From Patescibacteria group bacterium (GTDB lineage: Bacteria; Patescibacteriota; Patescibacteriia; UM-FILTER-42-10), in NCBI GenBank assembly GCA_041664365.1, contig JBAYKW010000001.1, forward strand, positions 7,168 to 71,167: a stretch of 64,000 bases of DNA, read 5' to 3'. The notes below the pieces were generated by a model. That model ran no database searches and was not told where the DNA came from. It saw only the letters and a list, made by a program, of their open reading frames with translations. This document shows, in pieces, positions 1-9,110 of the stretch; position 1 is the stretch's first letter; each line of letters begins with the position of its first letter. Made by a program: the position numbers and the translations under genes.

Positions 1-1
1 T

Positions 2-2614
2 TATGCACTGGAAGTTGGACTTGATTCCGGATTCAAACTGCTTTCAAGTATCGATCAATGGATGCTCCTAAAAAAGCATCTGGATGAATTTGAACTGAAA
101 TATTACAAACCGCTCGGCAACCCTACCAGATTTATTTATGCGCTGATCCAGCATTTCTCCCGCGTAAAAGACGAACATGTTTCGGCAAAAGAATATCTGG
201 CTTACGCACGGAAATTAAACAGCCGAAAAAACCTGAAACCGGATGAGAAGGAAGATGCGGAAAAGATATTGGAAGTGGCAAAAGCTTATCAGCAGTACCA
301 GTTGCTGTTGCAAAAAAACGGATATCTGGATTTTGGCGATCTAATCATACAAACTCTTGAGCTATTTAAAAAAAGAAAAAAAGTATTGGAGCAATTCAGG
401 AAGAAGTTCAAATACATATTGGTAGATGAATTCCAGGATACTAACTATGCTCAATATGAATTGATCAAGATATTGGCATCTCCTAAAAACAACATAACGG
501 TTGTGGGTGATGATGACCAGGCGATCTATCGTTTCCGCGGGGCATCCATGAGTAATATTTTGGAATTTAAAAAAGATTATCCGAAATCAAAAGAAGTTGT
601 ATTAATTAATAACTACCGTTCCCGGCAAAATATTTTGGACTTGTCTTATGAATTTATCCAGAAGAATAATCCGAACCGCCTGGAATATCAGCTGAAACAG
701 GATGCCGTGCAGAAGAAAAATCCGAAGATAAAAAAAGTGAGTAAAAAACTGGTTTCAAAAATTGATGGTGAAGGAATTATCAAACATATTGAATCAGATA
801 CTCAAGAAGATGAAGTGTTCAATATTTTGCGGGAAATTGAAAAGATTAAAAAAAGCGATCCGAAACTGACCTGGAATGATTTTGCAATACTAGTACGCGC
901 GAACAGCCAGGCGGATATTTTTGTAAATGTTTTTACCAACCAGGAAATTCCCTACCAATACGTAGCCGCCCGCGGTCTTTACCAGCAGCCCGAAATTCTG
1001 GATATCATCGCCTGGCTCAAGATGCTGGATAACTATCATGAAAGCCCGTCGCTATTCCGTGTTTTATCAATAGATCTGTTTAAAATAAAAACATCAGATT
1101 TGATCAATCTTTCCAATGAAGCAAAGAAGAAACGCATCTCGCTTTATGAAGTGATAGAAAGTCATCAGGAAGTCGGCGGGATTAGCCAGGATACCAGAAA
1201 ATCCTTAAACTATATTTTGGATCTGATAAAAAAACAGACAGCACTCGCCAAGGAAAAATCGGTCGGGCAAATCTGTTTTGAATTTCTTAAGGCAATCGGT
1301 TATTTGAATAAAATGAGCACTAAAGATGCTGAGGGGTATCACATTAAAATTCAGAATATCAGCAAGTTTTTTCGTAAAGTCCAGGACTTTGAGCGCAATA
1401 ACGAAGACAAGTCAGTGAAAAAATTCATGGAAGAACTGGAATTGGTTATTGATGTCGGTAACGATCCCGCGCCCGCGCAGATGGAAGAGGGGCCGGAAAG
1501 TATAAAGATAATGACAGTACACGGAGCGAAAGGTTTGGAGTTCTCTTATGTATTTATCGCCAATCTGGTGGATAAGCGTTTTCCCAGCATTGAGCGCCGT
1601 GAGCAGATTGAAGTTCCCGGTAAACTGATTAAGGAAATTATTCCGGAAGGGGATATTCACTTGCAGGAAGAGCGCCGGCTTTTTTATGTTGCCTGCACGC
1701 GGGCGCGGAAAGGCCTTTTCTTCAGTTCCGCCAAAGACGTGGGCGGAAAGACTGCCAAAAAACCATCACGGTTTTTATTTGAGATTGATATGGTAAAAGG
1801 GGAAAGATCGGAAAAATCTGAACAGCTGAATCTGGGATTTGATATTGTCAGGAAGAAAAATTTGAAAGTTGAAAAAATTAAATATCCGCTGCCAAAAACA
1901 TTCAGCTACTCTCAACTCAAGGCCTACGAAAAATGCCCGAAGCAGTATAAATATATGTTTATTTGGAAAGTTCCGGTTTTGACCGGGCGTCACACCTACA
2001 GCTTCGGTACCTCGGTGCATAATACATTAAAAGCGTTTTATGCTTTAGCACAGCAGGGGCATAAACCCACCAAAGCGCAGCTGATGAAGTTGTACGAGGA
2101 AAACTGGATTGATGACTGGTATGACTCCCGCCAGCATATGCAGGAAAGAAAAAAAGCAGGAAAGCTGATGCTGGAGGAATATTTCAAGACCAATAAAATA
2201 ATCAAGGCTCCTGTATTTCTGGAAAAGGGTTTCAATCTGAAAATCGGTGATTATTCATTCCGGGGGTTTATTGACCGGGTTGATTCTTTGGATAAGGAAT
2301 CCGTGGAGATTATCGATTATAAAACAGGCAAGAAGCCGGCGCGTAAAACGGAAATTGACCATGAACAGCTGATGATTTATCATATAGCTATGCAGGAGGT
2401 CTTTAAAATGAAGCCTGCAGAACTTAGTTTATATTTTTTGGACGGTAATGTTAAATATTCATTTACGGCATCGGTAAAAGACATTGAAGATCTGAAAGTA
2501 AAGATTATCGAATCGATCAAAGAAATTGAAAAAGGGGATTTTACTCCGGCACCGACCATTTATAAATGTGCGACTTGTGATTTCAGGGAAATCTGCGAGG
2601 ATCGTGCTGTATAA
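2..2614 (+). CDS. UvrD/PcrA-like SF1 helicase with C-terminal PD-(D/E)XK nuclease (AdnA/AdnB-like); 5' end lies outside the window
   Basis: Frame is open from base 2. Helicase motifs LVDEFQD, VVGDDDQAIYRFRGA, MTVHGAKGLEF, EERRLFYVACTRA; nuclease GFIDRVD...IIDYKTG; Cys pattern C...CxxC...C as in Fe-S nuclease domains. Confidence 0.9.
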   Translation, partial: YALEVGLDSGFKLLSSIDQWMLLKKHLDEFELKYYKPLGNPTRFIYALIQHFSRVKDEHVSAKEYLAYARKLNSRKNLKPDEKEDAEKILEVAKAYQQYQLLLQKNGYLDFGDLIIQTLELFKKRKKVLEQFRKKFKYILVDEFQDTNYAQYELIKILASPKNNITVVGDDDQAIYRFRGASMSNILEFKKDYPKSKEVVLINNYRSRQNILDLSYEFIQKNNPNRLEYQLKQDAVQKKNPKIKKVSKKLVSKIDGEGIIKHIESDTQEDEVFNILREIEKIKKSDPKLTWNDFAILVRANSQADIFVNVFTNQEIPYQYVAARGLYQQPEILDIIAWLKMLDNYHESPSLFRVLSIDLFKIKTSDLINLSNEAKKKRISLYEVIESHQEVGGISQDTRKSLNYILDLIKKQTALAKEKSVGQICFEFLKAIGYLNKMSTKDAEGYHIKIQNISKFFRKVQDFERNNEDKSVKKFMEELELVIDVGNDPAPAQMEEGPESIKIMTVHGAKGLEFSYVFIANLVDKRFPSIERREQIEVPGKLIKEIIPEGDIHLQEERRLFYVACTRARKGLFFSSAKDVGGKTAKKPSRFLFEIDMVKGERSEKSEQLNLGFDIVRKKNLKVEKIKYPLPKTFSYSQLKAYEKCPKQYKYMFIWKVPVLTGRHTYSFGTSVHNTLKAFYALAQQGHKPTKAQLMKLYEENWIDDWYDSRQHMQERKKAGKLMLEEYFKTNKIIKAPVFLEKGFNLKIGDYSFRGFIDRVDSLDKESVEIIDYKTGKKPARKTEIDHEQLMIYHIAMQEVFKMKPAELSLYFLDGNVKYSFTASVKDIEDLKVKIIESIKEIEKGDFTPAPTIYKCATCDFREICEDRAV

Positions 2615-2619
2615 AATAT

Positions 2620-5175
2620 ATGATTACAATCAATCAGGAACAAATTGAAAAGATTTCGGGATTGTCAGCCGAAGCCGTGTTGGAGAAGCAGACAAAGTAC
2701 GGTTACAATGAGCTGAATTCCCAGAAGAAACATAATATATTTCAAATCCTTTTTGAAGTTATCAAAGAGCCGATGCTGGCTCTTTTGATTTCCATCAGTG
2801 TTATCTACCTCTTCTTAGGCGAGCAAAAAGACGCCTTTGTTTTAATGTTCGCGGTGGTGGGAGTAGTCGGCATCACACTGTTTCAAAAACGCAAAACAGA
2901 AAGAGCGCTAGACGCTTTAAAAAATTTATCCAGTCCTCGTGCATTGGTGATTCGTGAGGGAAAACAAATCAGGATTCCCGGCAGAGATGTGGTAAAAGAA
3001 GATATTATGGTTTTGGCCGAAGGAGACAGGGTGCCGGCGGATGCAGTAATTCTTTCCAGCGTTAATCTGCAGGTAGATGAATCATTATTAACCGGTGAAT
3101 CGCTTTCGGTAAAGAAAACGCAATATGAAGGGCAGGATCTGCCGAAAAGACCCGGTGGGGATAATCTGCCCTACGTTTATTCAGGCACGCTGGTTGTTCA
3201 AGGTAAAGCAACAGCCAGAGTTGAAGCAATCGGCGCGGATACGGAAATGGGGAAAATCGGCAAGGCGCTGGATTCCATAAAAGAAGAGGATACCCTACTG
3301 CAGAAAGAAACCGCCCGGCTGGTGCGTTATATCGGCAGTATCGGTTTGTTGCTTTGTGTTTTAATATTTCTGATCTACGGGCTGGCAAGAGGGGAATGGA
3401 TTGCCGGTTTACTGTCCGGTCTGACTTTAGCCATGGGAATACTGCCGGAAGAGTTTCCGATTGTTCTGTTAATATTTTTAGCCCTAGGAGCATGGCGGAT
3501 ATCAAAGAGAAATGTTTTGACCAGGCGCATGCCGGCGATTGAGACTTTGGGAGCCGCTACTGTTTTATGTGTCGACAAAACCGGAACAATCACACAGAAC
3601 AGAATGTCTTTAAATACTATTTATGTTGATGGTGAATACTATGACGTCGCTGAAAAAAAATCATTGCCGGAAAAATTCCACTCACTTTTAGAATATGCCA
3701 TGCTGGCCAGTCAGGAAGACCCATTTGATCCGATAGAACAGGAAATTAAAAAAGTAACTGTGGGTCTTCTTGAAAATACCGAGCATATCCATAAAGCATG
3801 GCAATTGAATAAGGAATACCCATTTACTAAAGAACTGCTTTCCATTGCGCACGTTTGGGAATCCAAAGATATGAAGGAATACACTGTCGCCGCCAAGGGC
3901 GCTCCGGAAACAATCGCTGATCTGTGTCATTTTACGACGGAAGAATTCAAAGAGCTTGAGGAAAAAATTAATGTTTTGGCCAATCGCGGTCTTCGGCTTC
4001 TCGGAGTGGCGAAGGCGACTTTTGAAAAAACAAATCTGCCTCAATCACAACATGATTTCAAATTTGAATTCGTGGGACTGCTCGGATTCTTAGATCCAAT
4101 CCGTACGCAGGTACCGGGCGCATTGCAGGAAGCATACAGCGCAGGTATTCGTGTAATTATGATTACCGGTGACTATCCGGGAACTGCCAGTTTTATTGCC
4201 CGGCAGATCGGGTTGAAAGATCCGGATAATTTTATCACCGGTCCACAGCTGGAAGCGATGAGCGCGGAAGAATTGAAAATTAAAATTGATTCGGTAAATG
4301 TTTTTAGCCGGGTTGTACCGGAACAGAAGCTGGCGATAGTCAATGCCTTGAAGGCACATGGTGAAATTGTGGCGATGACCGGCGACGGGGTAAATGATGC
4401 CCCTGCTCTGAAGTCGGCAAATGTCGGTATCGCTATGGGTAAAAGGGGAACAGATGTTGCACGTGAAGCCGCTTCACTTGTTTTACTGGATGATGATTTT
4501 ACTTCAATCATCCAGGCGGTAAAGCGGGGGAGGATTATTTTCAAAAATCTAAAAGAGGCCATATCGTATATCTTCGCGGTACATGTGCCGATCGCCGGAC
4601 TGGCATTTTTACCAGTTCTGTTTGGCATGCCGGTTATTCTCCTACCGATTCATATTACTTTCTTGGAATTGATTATTGATCCTGCCTGCACGATTGTTTT
4701 TGAAGCGGACCAGGCGGAAAAAGATGTTATGAAGCGCCACCCTCGGAATTTGAAAGAGCCATTATTTAATCGTAAGGCACTATTTTTTAGTCTAATTCAA
4801 GGGTTGAGTGTATTGATGATTACATTTGCGATTTATTTAATTACTTTAAACATTGGCAGAGGAGAACTTGAGGCTAGGACGCTGACATTTATCAGCCTGG
4901 TTGTAGGTAACTTGATTATGATTGCGGTAAATCTGTCCTGGTCGGAAAGTATCTTGAGTATTTTCAAATCTTCCAATCGCATAATGTGGTTGGTAATATC
5001 CGGCACGCTTGCTTCGTTAGTATTGATTTTTTCAGTTCCCTGGTTGACTGATCTGTTTCATATGTCCAGGATGAATTTGCAGAATGTGGTTTTGATTCTG
5101 ATATTTGGTATAGTTGTTGTATTCTGGTTTGAGCTCATGAAGAAGATTTTCAAGAGAAAGTATAAGGAGATTTAA
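2620..5175 (+). CDS. Cation-transporting P-type ATPase (type II, Ca2+-like)
   Basis: DKTGT phosphorylation motif, TGES, PEEF(P), MTGDGVNDAPALK, multiple TM helices. Confidence 0.95.
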   Translation: MITINQEQIEKISGLSAEAVLEKQTKYGYNELNSQKKHNIFQILFEVIKEPMLALLISISVIYLFLGEQKDAFVLMFAVVGVVGITLFQKRKTERALDALKNLSSPRALVIREGKQIRIPGRDVVKEDIMVLAEGDRVPADAVILSSVNLQVDESLLTGESLSVKKTQYEGQDLPKRPGGDNLPYVYSGTLVVQGKATARVEAIGADTEMGKIGKALDSIKEEDTLLQKETARLVRYIGSIGLLLCVLIFLIYGLARGEWIAGLLSGLTLAMGILPEEFPIVLLIFLALGAWRISKRNVLTRRMPAIETLGAATVLCVDKTGTITQNRMSLNTIYVDGEYYDVAEKKSLPEKFHSLLEYAMLASQEDPFDPIEQEIKKVTVGLLENTEHIHKAWQLNKEYPFTKELLSIAHVWESKDMKEYTVAAKGAPETIADLCHFTTEEFKELEEKINVLANRGLRLLGVAKATFEKTNLPQSQHDFKFEFVGLLGFLDPIRTQVPGALQEAYSAGIRVIMITGDYPGTASFIARQIGLKDPDNFITGPQLEAMSAEELKIKIDSVNVFSRVVPEQKLAIVNALKAHGEIVAMTGDGVNDAPALKSANVGIAMGKRGTDVAREAASLVLLDDDFTSIIQAVKRGRIIFKNLKEAISYIFAVHVPIAGLAFLPVLFGMPVILLPIHITFLELIIDPACTIVFEADQAEKDVMKRHPRNLKEPLFNRKALFFSLIQGLSVLMITFAIYLITLNIGRGELEARTLTFISLVVGNLIMIAVNLSWSESILSIFKSSNRIMWLVISGTLASLVLIFSVPWLTDLFHMSRMNLQNVVLILIFGIVVVFWFELMKKIFKRKYKEI

Positions 5176-5259
5176 ATAATAATCATTAGGGTGCGAAAAG
5201 AAGTTAAGAAATTATAAATGCAATTCTACTCATAAAGGAAATTAACAATCATAAATATT

Positions 5260-6279
5260 ATGGATGTAATAGCTACAATCTGGAAGGTACCATATTATTA
5301 TGACCGTAATCAGCGGATGATAGATAGGGGTGTGGATTGTTTTAGGGTGAAATGCTCACACAACAGTGCTGATGAAATTATAAATTGCCTGCGGTCTGCC
5401 CGTAAACAGATTAATCAGAGCGGAAAACCAGTAAGACTATTAGCCGATCTTCCGGAAGCCAAAATTCGTTTGGGAGAATTCCCGCAAGAAAAAATTAATT
5501 TACCAGAAGATTATCAGTGTCTTTTCAAAAAAGCACAAAATTCTTCGGATCCTCTGGAATTTATTCCAATTAGAAATGAGAACGTAGGGAAATATTTGAT
5601 TGTGGGGGATGAATTTTATTTAGGGGACGGGCAATTATCATTTACGGTGATTAAAATTAATAGTACCAATGAATTTGTTGCAAGGACCAACAATTCCGGC
5701 AGGCTTATTTTTCGGTCTTCTATGACCATACCAAAGATGATGGATGAGATTAATCACATTACCCCATTTCTCGATGAAATAATCCCTCGGCTTCCCGAGG
5801 CTCAACCCGAAATGGTCGCTTTTTCTTTTGTTAGTTCCAAGGAAATGCTCCAGGAATTATTAACTAAATTGTCTAAATACACAACTCCTGATTGGCAGCC
5901 AAAAATAATCGCAAAAATTGAATCTCAAGCAGGAGTGGAAAATATTGATGAAATATTGGAATTGGCGGACGGGATTATGGTGGCAAGGGGAGATTTAGCA
6001 TTAACTATGCCCTATGCAAAATTGGGGATTACTCAAAAAATGTTAGTAAGCAAAGCACGCAGTGCCGGAAAGTACGTAATTGTTGCTACACAAGTCTTGC
6101 AGTCTTTACTTGATAATTATCTTCCGATGCGTTCTGACATATTGGATATCACTAATATGTGTTTAGATGGAGCATCTGCCGTAATGCTTTGCGCTGAAAC
6201 GTCACATAGTGATCATCCAGAGAGAGCGGTAGAGGTTGCCAAAGAAATAATAACCGCGGTGAATAATACTATAGTTTAA
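5260..6279 (+). CDS. pyk: Pyruvate kinase-like protein lacking the C-terminal regulatory domain
   Basis: AKIESQAGVENIDEI, DGIMVARGDL, IVATQVL, DGASAVML..ET motifs; only 339 aa. Confidence 0.8.
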   Translation: MDVIATIWKVPYYYDRNQRMIDRGVDCFRVKCSHNSADEIINCLRSARKQINQSGKPVRLLADLPEAKIRLGEFPQEKINLPEDYQCLFKKAQNSSDPLEFIPIRNENVGKYLIVGDEFYLGDGQLSFTVIKINSTNEFVARTNNSGRLIFRSSMTIPKMMDEINHITPFLDEIIPRLPEAQPEMVAFSFVSSKEMLQELLTKLSKYTTPDWQPKIIAKIESQAGVENIDEILELADGIMVARGDLALTMPYAKLGITQKMLVSKARSAGKYVIVATQVLQSLLDNYLPMRSDILDITNMCLDGASAVMLCAETSHSDHPERAVEVAKEIITAVNNTIV

Positions 6280-6326
6280 ACTAATAACATCGTTTAAGTA
6301 TTTATATGAAGTAATAGTGTCGGGTC

Positions 6327-6354
6327 TTGACACTTTTTTTATTTTTTGTAATAT
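6327..6354 (+). promoter_or_regulatory. sigma70-type promoter
   Basis: TTGACA-16-TAATAT. Confidence 0.6.
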
Positions 6355-6398
6355 GTAGTCTCGCGCATAAATGGTTTCTGATCTGAAGGAGTCAGCTG

Positions 6399-6572
6399 AT
6401 GACTAAAGAGCAGGGCGACAGACTGCCCACACCCCCTTCACAAACCGACCATCATGGTCAAAAGCCTCTTGCGACGACCTCCGATTTCGAAAGGGTTCAA
6501 CAGTTCTCTGATGAGTTCCTGGAGACCTACGGCGGCCACGATCAGATCCCTCAAGGTCTCTTTCTCGGCTAG
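6399..6572 (+). CDS. 57-aa GC-rich small protein missing from the ORF track (MTKEQGDRLPTPPSQTDHHG...PQGLFLG)
   Basis: GAAGGAG SD 7 nt before ATG at 6399, TAG at 6570-6572, promoter upstream, hairpin plus T-run near 6695-6734. Confidence 0.55.
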   Translation: MTKEQGDRLPTPPSQTDHHGQKPLATTSDFERVQQFSDEFLETYGGHDQIPQGLFLG

Positions 6573-6761
6573 ATGCCTCATTGGCGGCCGTCTGTGCGGG
6601 CTTCCGGCCTTCATTGAGGTTTCGCACCCTCGGACCAATCTCTCCGGTCCGGAGCCCCCGACCTAATAAGCTGCGCGCGGATCGCTCGTTCTCGGGCCTT
6701 GCTGTTGTTTTTGACAGCGGGCCTTATTTTATTTGCATTGAAATTCGCCTTGGGGTCTTGA

Positions 6762-6788
6762 CCCCGTTAGAGAAATTCTCTAACGGGG
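6762..6788. repeat. 27-bp palindromic micro-element CCCCGTTAGAGAAATTCTCTAACGGGG flanked by TTGA on both sides
   Basis: Perfect inverted repeat; relatives at 23149-23177 and 16997-17021. Confidence 0.85.
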
Positions 6789-6817
6789 TTGACAAAATGA
6801 GTGTTTTGCTGTATGAT
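6789..6817 (+). promoter_or_regulatory. sigma70-type promoter
   Basis: TTGACA-17-TATGAT. Confidence 0.75.
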
Positions 6818-6916
6818 GACACGTTTGCAGTATTGTCACAGTGACAGTACCTGTGAGCAGTCTACAGCGTTTCACTCCGAAGCGCGTAGACAGTACCTTA
6901 GCTAGGGGAGAGTGTC

Positions 6917-8863
6917 ATGCCGTATTTCCTTCAGGCACTGCTCGTAAGCGTCGTCTCCATCATGGTGCCGATCGCTTTCGGCGCTGTGCTGAAGTACCAC
7001 CGTCCCACAATCGCTTGGGCAGGTGGTTTCCTTGCCACTGTCCTGTACACTCTCATCGTGTTCTGGCTTTTCTGGAGCGGCGCTGTCGGCGTGTACGGAC
7101 CGACTCCGTTCGCTGATGCGCTCATCTTCGGGTTCGCCCTGTCGGGTGTCTTCATCGGCCTCGGGAGCGCCAAAGGGGGGTACAGAAACGAGTTCTCCGG
7201 CCGGAGTGTCATTGGCTTCGGCTCGGGCTGTGCTGCGATGCTGTGGGTGCTCGGCGTGAGCGTGTTCGGATCTTCGGACATGGTGCATGCCGAGAAGAAG
7301 GCAAGGGTGATCGGTACGGTCGCGGAAGTGACCGAGATCGCTGACGTCATCCAGCCCGCGGATCCGGCACACATCTGTCTTGTGTCCGAGTCGATCGCGC
7401 GCGTGAAGGCCAACCAGGCGCTGTCCGAGTTCAAGATGGACGGCGGTGTGGTGGCAGGATCGCGTTTCAAGATCGGTGACCCGACGAAGCAGTTCGTCTC
7501 CGGACAGCTGTGGTGGATCTTCCCGGTGGAGTTCCAGGGCTGGCTCAAGTGGCGTCAGTCCAAGGAAGTCCCCGGCTATATCCGCGTTTCGGCGGAAGAT
7601 CCGTACACGGAAGGTCAGGCTGTTCAGCAGGATAGCAACGGGCAGCCGATCGTCATCCGGTATCTGGAGAGCGCCTGCTGGGAGTTCCGGGCTGACCGCT
7701 ACCTGCGGGGACACGGGTATATGAGCGTGATCCTGAAGGATTTCACGTTCGAGGTAGACGACAACTGGCGTCCGTTCTATACGGTTTCAGTCATGAAAAG
7801 AACCGTCGGTTACGCCGGCGAAATCACGACCGGAGTCGTCACGCTTGATCTGCAGACCGGCGATGCCAATCCCTACGGTATCGCGAACCTCCCTTCGTGG
7901 ATCGACCGCGGTGTTCCGCTCGACGTGATCGACAAGAATCTCAAGCGCTGGGCGAAGTACCGGCTTGAGGGATGGTGGTACTGCCTCCTACACAACGACA
8001 AGTCGATGGAACCAACGGAAGGATGGTTCCTGATCACCGATCCCGACGGTACCAGTCAGTGGTTCACTGGGCTCACCTCAACCAACGCGGGCGACGAGGC
8101 ACTCACCGGCTACACGGTTTCGGACACACGCACAGGTCTCACGACATACGTGAAGGCCCAGGGTGTGACCGAGTCTGTCTCGGCTCAGGCTGCGAAGTCG
8201 CTCTGGAGCAACTTCGATGGGTACGAACCGACCGAGCTCGTTCCGTACAATCTCTATGGACGTCTGACGTATGTCATTCCGATGGCGTACAACGGACAGT
8301 TCAAGGGCGTCAGTCTCGTCTCGCTCTCCAACCAGGAGGTTGCGGCGAAGGGAGCGACGCTTGAAGAGGCGCTTCGTGAATACCGCAATGCGCTCGCGCG
8401 TTCGGGCAGTAATGCCCTTGCACCGAGCGGTGGAGACCTCGCGCAGCTGACAATCACCGGCGTGGTGGGGCGGGTCGGGCAGCCGATCAGCCAGCAGACT
8501 GGGCAGCCGGTCATTCCGTTCACGATTGATGGCGTGGCCAAGGTGTTCACGGCCATCTACACGTACGACAATCCTGCCGTACTCGTGATGCGATCCGGCG
8601 ACGCTGTGACAGTCGAGTACCTCCAGACTGGCGAACGCGTGATCGCTTGCGAATCGGTGATCCTGTCGGGCATCCCGATTTCCGACGAGAACCCGGTGCA
8701 GGCACGCGCGAATGAACATCGTGCAATCGCCGATCGTGAACGCGGTCGGATCGATACGCAGCAGGAGCGTAACCAACTTCTCGAGAGCAACCGGATGAAC
8801 AACGTTGATCCGGAAGCACTCAAGAAGTTCCTCGACAGCCAGTCCGACAGCACTGCTCATTAG
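6917..8863 (+). CDS. GC-rich membrane-anchored hypothetical protein (4 N-terminal TM helices, large soluble domain)
   Basis: 648-aa ORF, GGGGAG SD, hydrophobic N-terminus, terminator-like hairpin about 8903-8950. Confidence 0.8.
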   Translation: MPYFLQALLVSVVSIMVPIAFGAVLKYHRPTIAWAGGFLATVLYTLIVFWLFWSGAVGVYGPTPFADALIFGFALSGVFIGLGSAKGGYRNEFSGRSVIGFGSGCAAMLWVLGVSVFGSSDMVHAEKKARVIGTVAEVTEIADVIQPADPAHICLVSESIARVKANQALSEFKMDGGVVAGSRFKIGDPTKQFVSGQLWWIFPVEFQGWLKWRQSKEVPGYIRVSAEDPYTEGQAVQQDSNGQPIVIRYLESACWEFRADRYLRGHGYMSVILKDFTFEVDDNWRPFYTVSVMKRTVGYAGEITTGVVTLDLQTGDANPYGIANLPSWIDRGVPLDVIDKNLKRWAKYRLEGWWYCLLHNDKSMEPTEGWFLITDPDGTSQWFTGLTSTNAGDEALTGYTVSDTRTGLTTYVKAQGVTESVSAQAAKSLWSNFDGYEPTELVPYNLYGRLTYVIPMAYNGQFKGVSLVSLSNQEVAAKGATLEEALREYRNALARSGSNALAPSGGDLAQLTITGVVGRVGQPISQQTGQPVIPFTIDGVAKVFTAIYTYDNPAVLVMRSGDAVTVEYLQTGERVIACESVILSGIPISDENPVQARANEHRAIADRERGRIDTQQERNQLLESNRMNNVDPEALKKFLDSQSDSTAH

Positions 8864-9110
8864 TCCTTCGGGACCGCTACGAAGCCAGCGCTTGGCTTCC
8901 GCAAGACCCTATCATCCTCACCGATGATGCGATACCGGGGTCTTTTTCTTTTGTGTAATTTTCCTATTTGACACAAAGTCAATCTTATGGTATGATATCA
9001 ATATTAATATGTGACTAAATAAATAAACATGTGGATTTATTATCCATTTCTGCAATCAACCCGACAATATGATTTGGTTGTTTTTGTTTATGTTGACTAA
9101 ATAGTACATC

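Noticed and set aside
6762-6788. Integron attC site
   Set aside because: GTTAGAG precedes CTCTAAC, the reverse of attC order; the element is too short and no integron integrase is seen.
6403-6844. Four ORF-track ORFs (6403-6627, 6438-6638, 6454-6666, 6581-6844)
   Set aside because: They lack SD/promoter support and overlap the better-supported 6399-6572 ORF, its terminator and the hairpin element.
6902-8860. Long antisense ORFs (270, 205 and 260 aa) opposite the 648-aa gene
   Set aside because: Expected shadow frames of a GC-rich gene. The same applies to the antisense ORFs over pil, gyrB, pyr, gatB, ridA and thrS.
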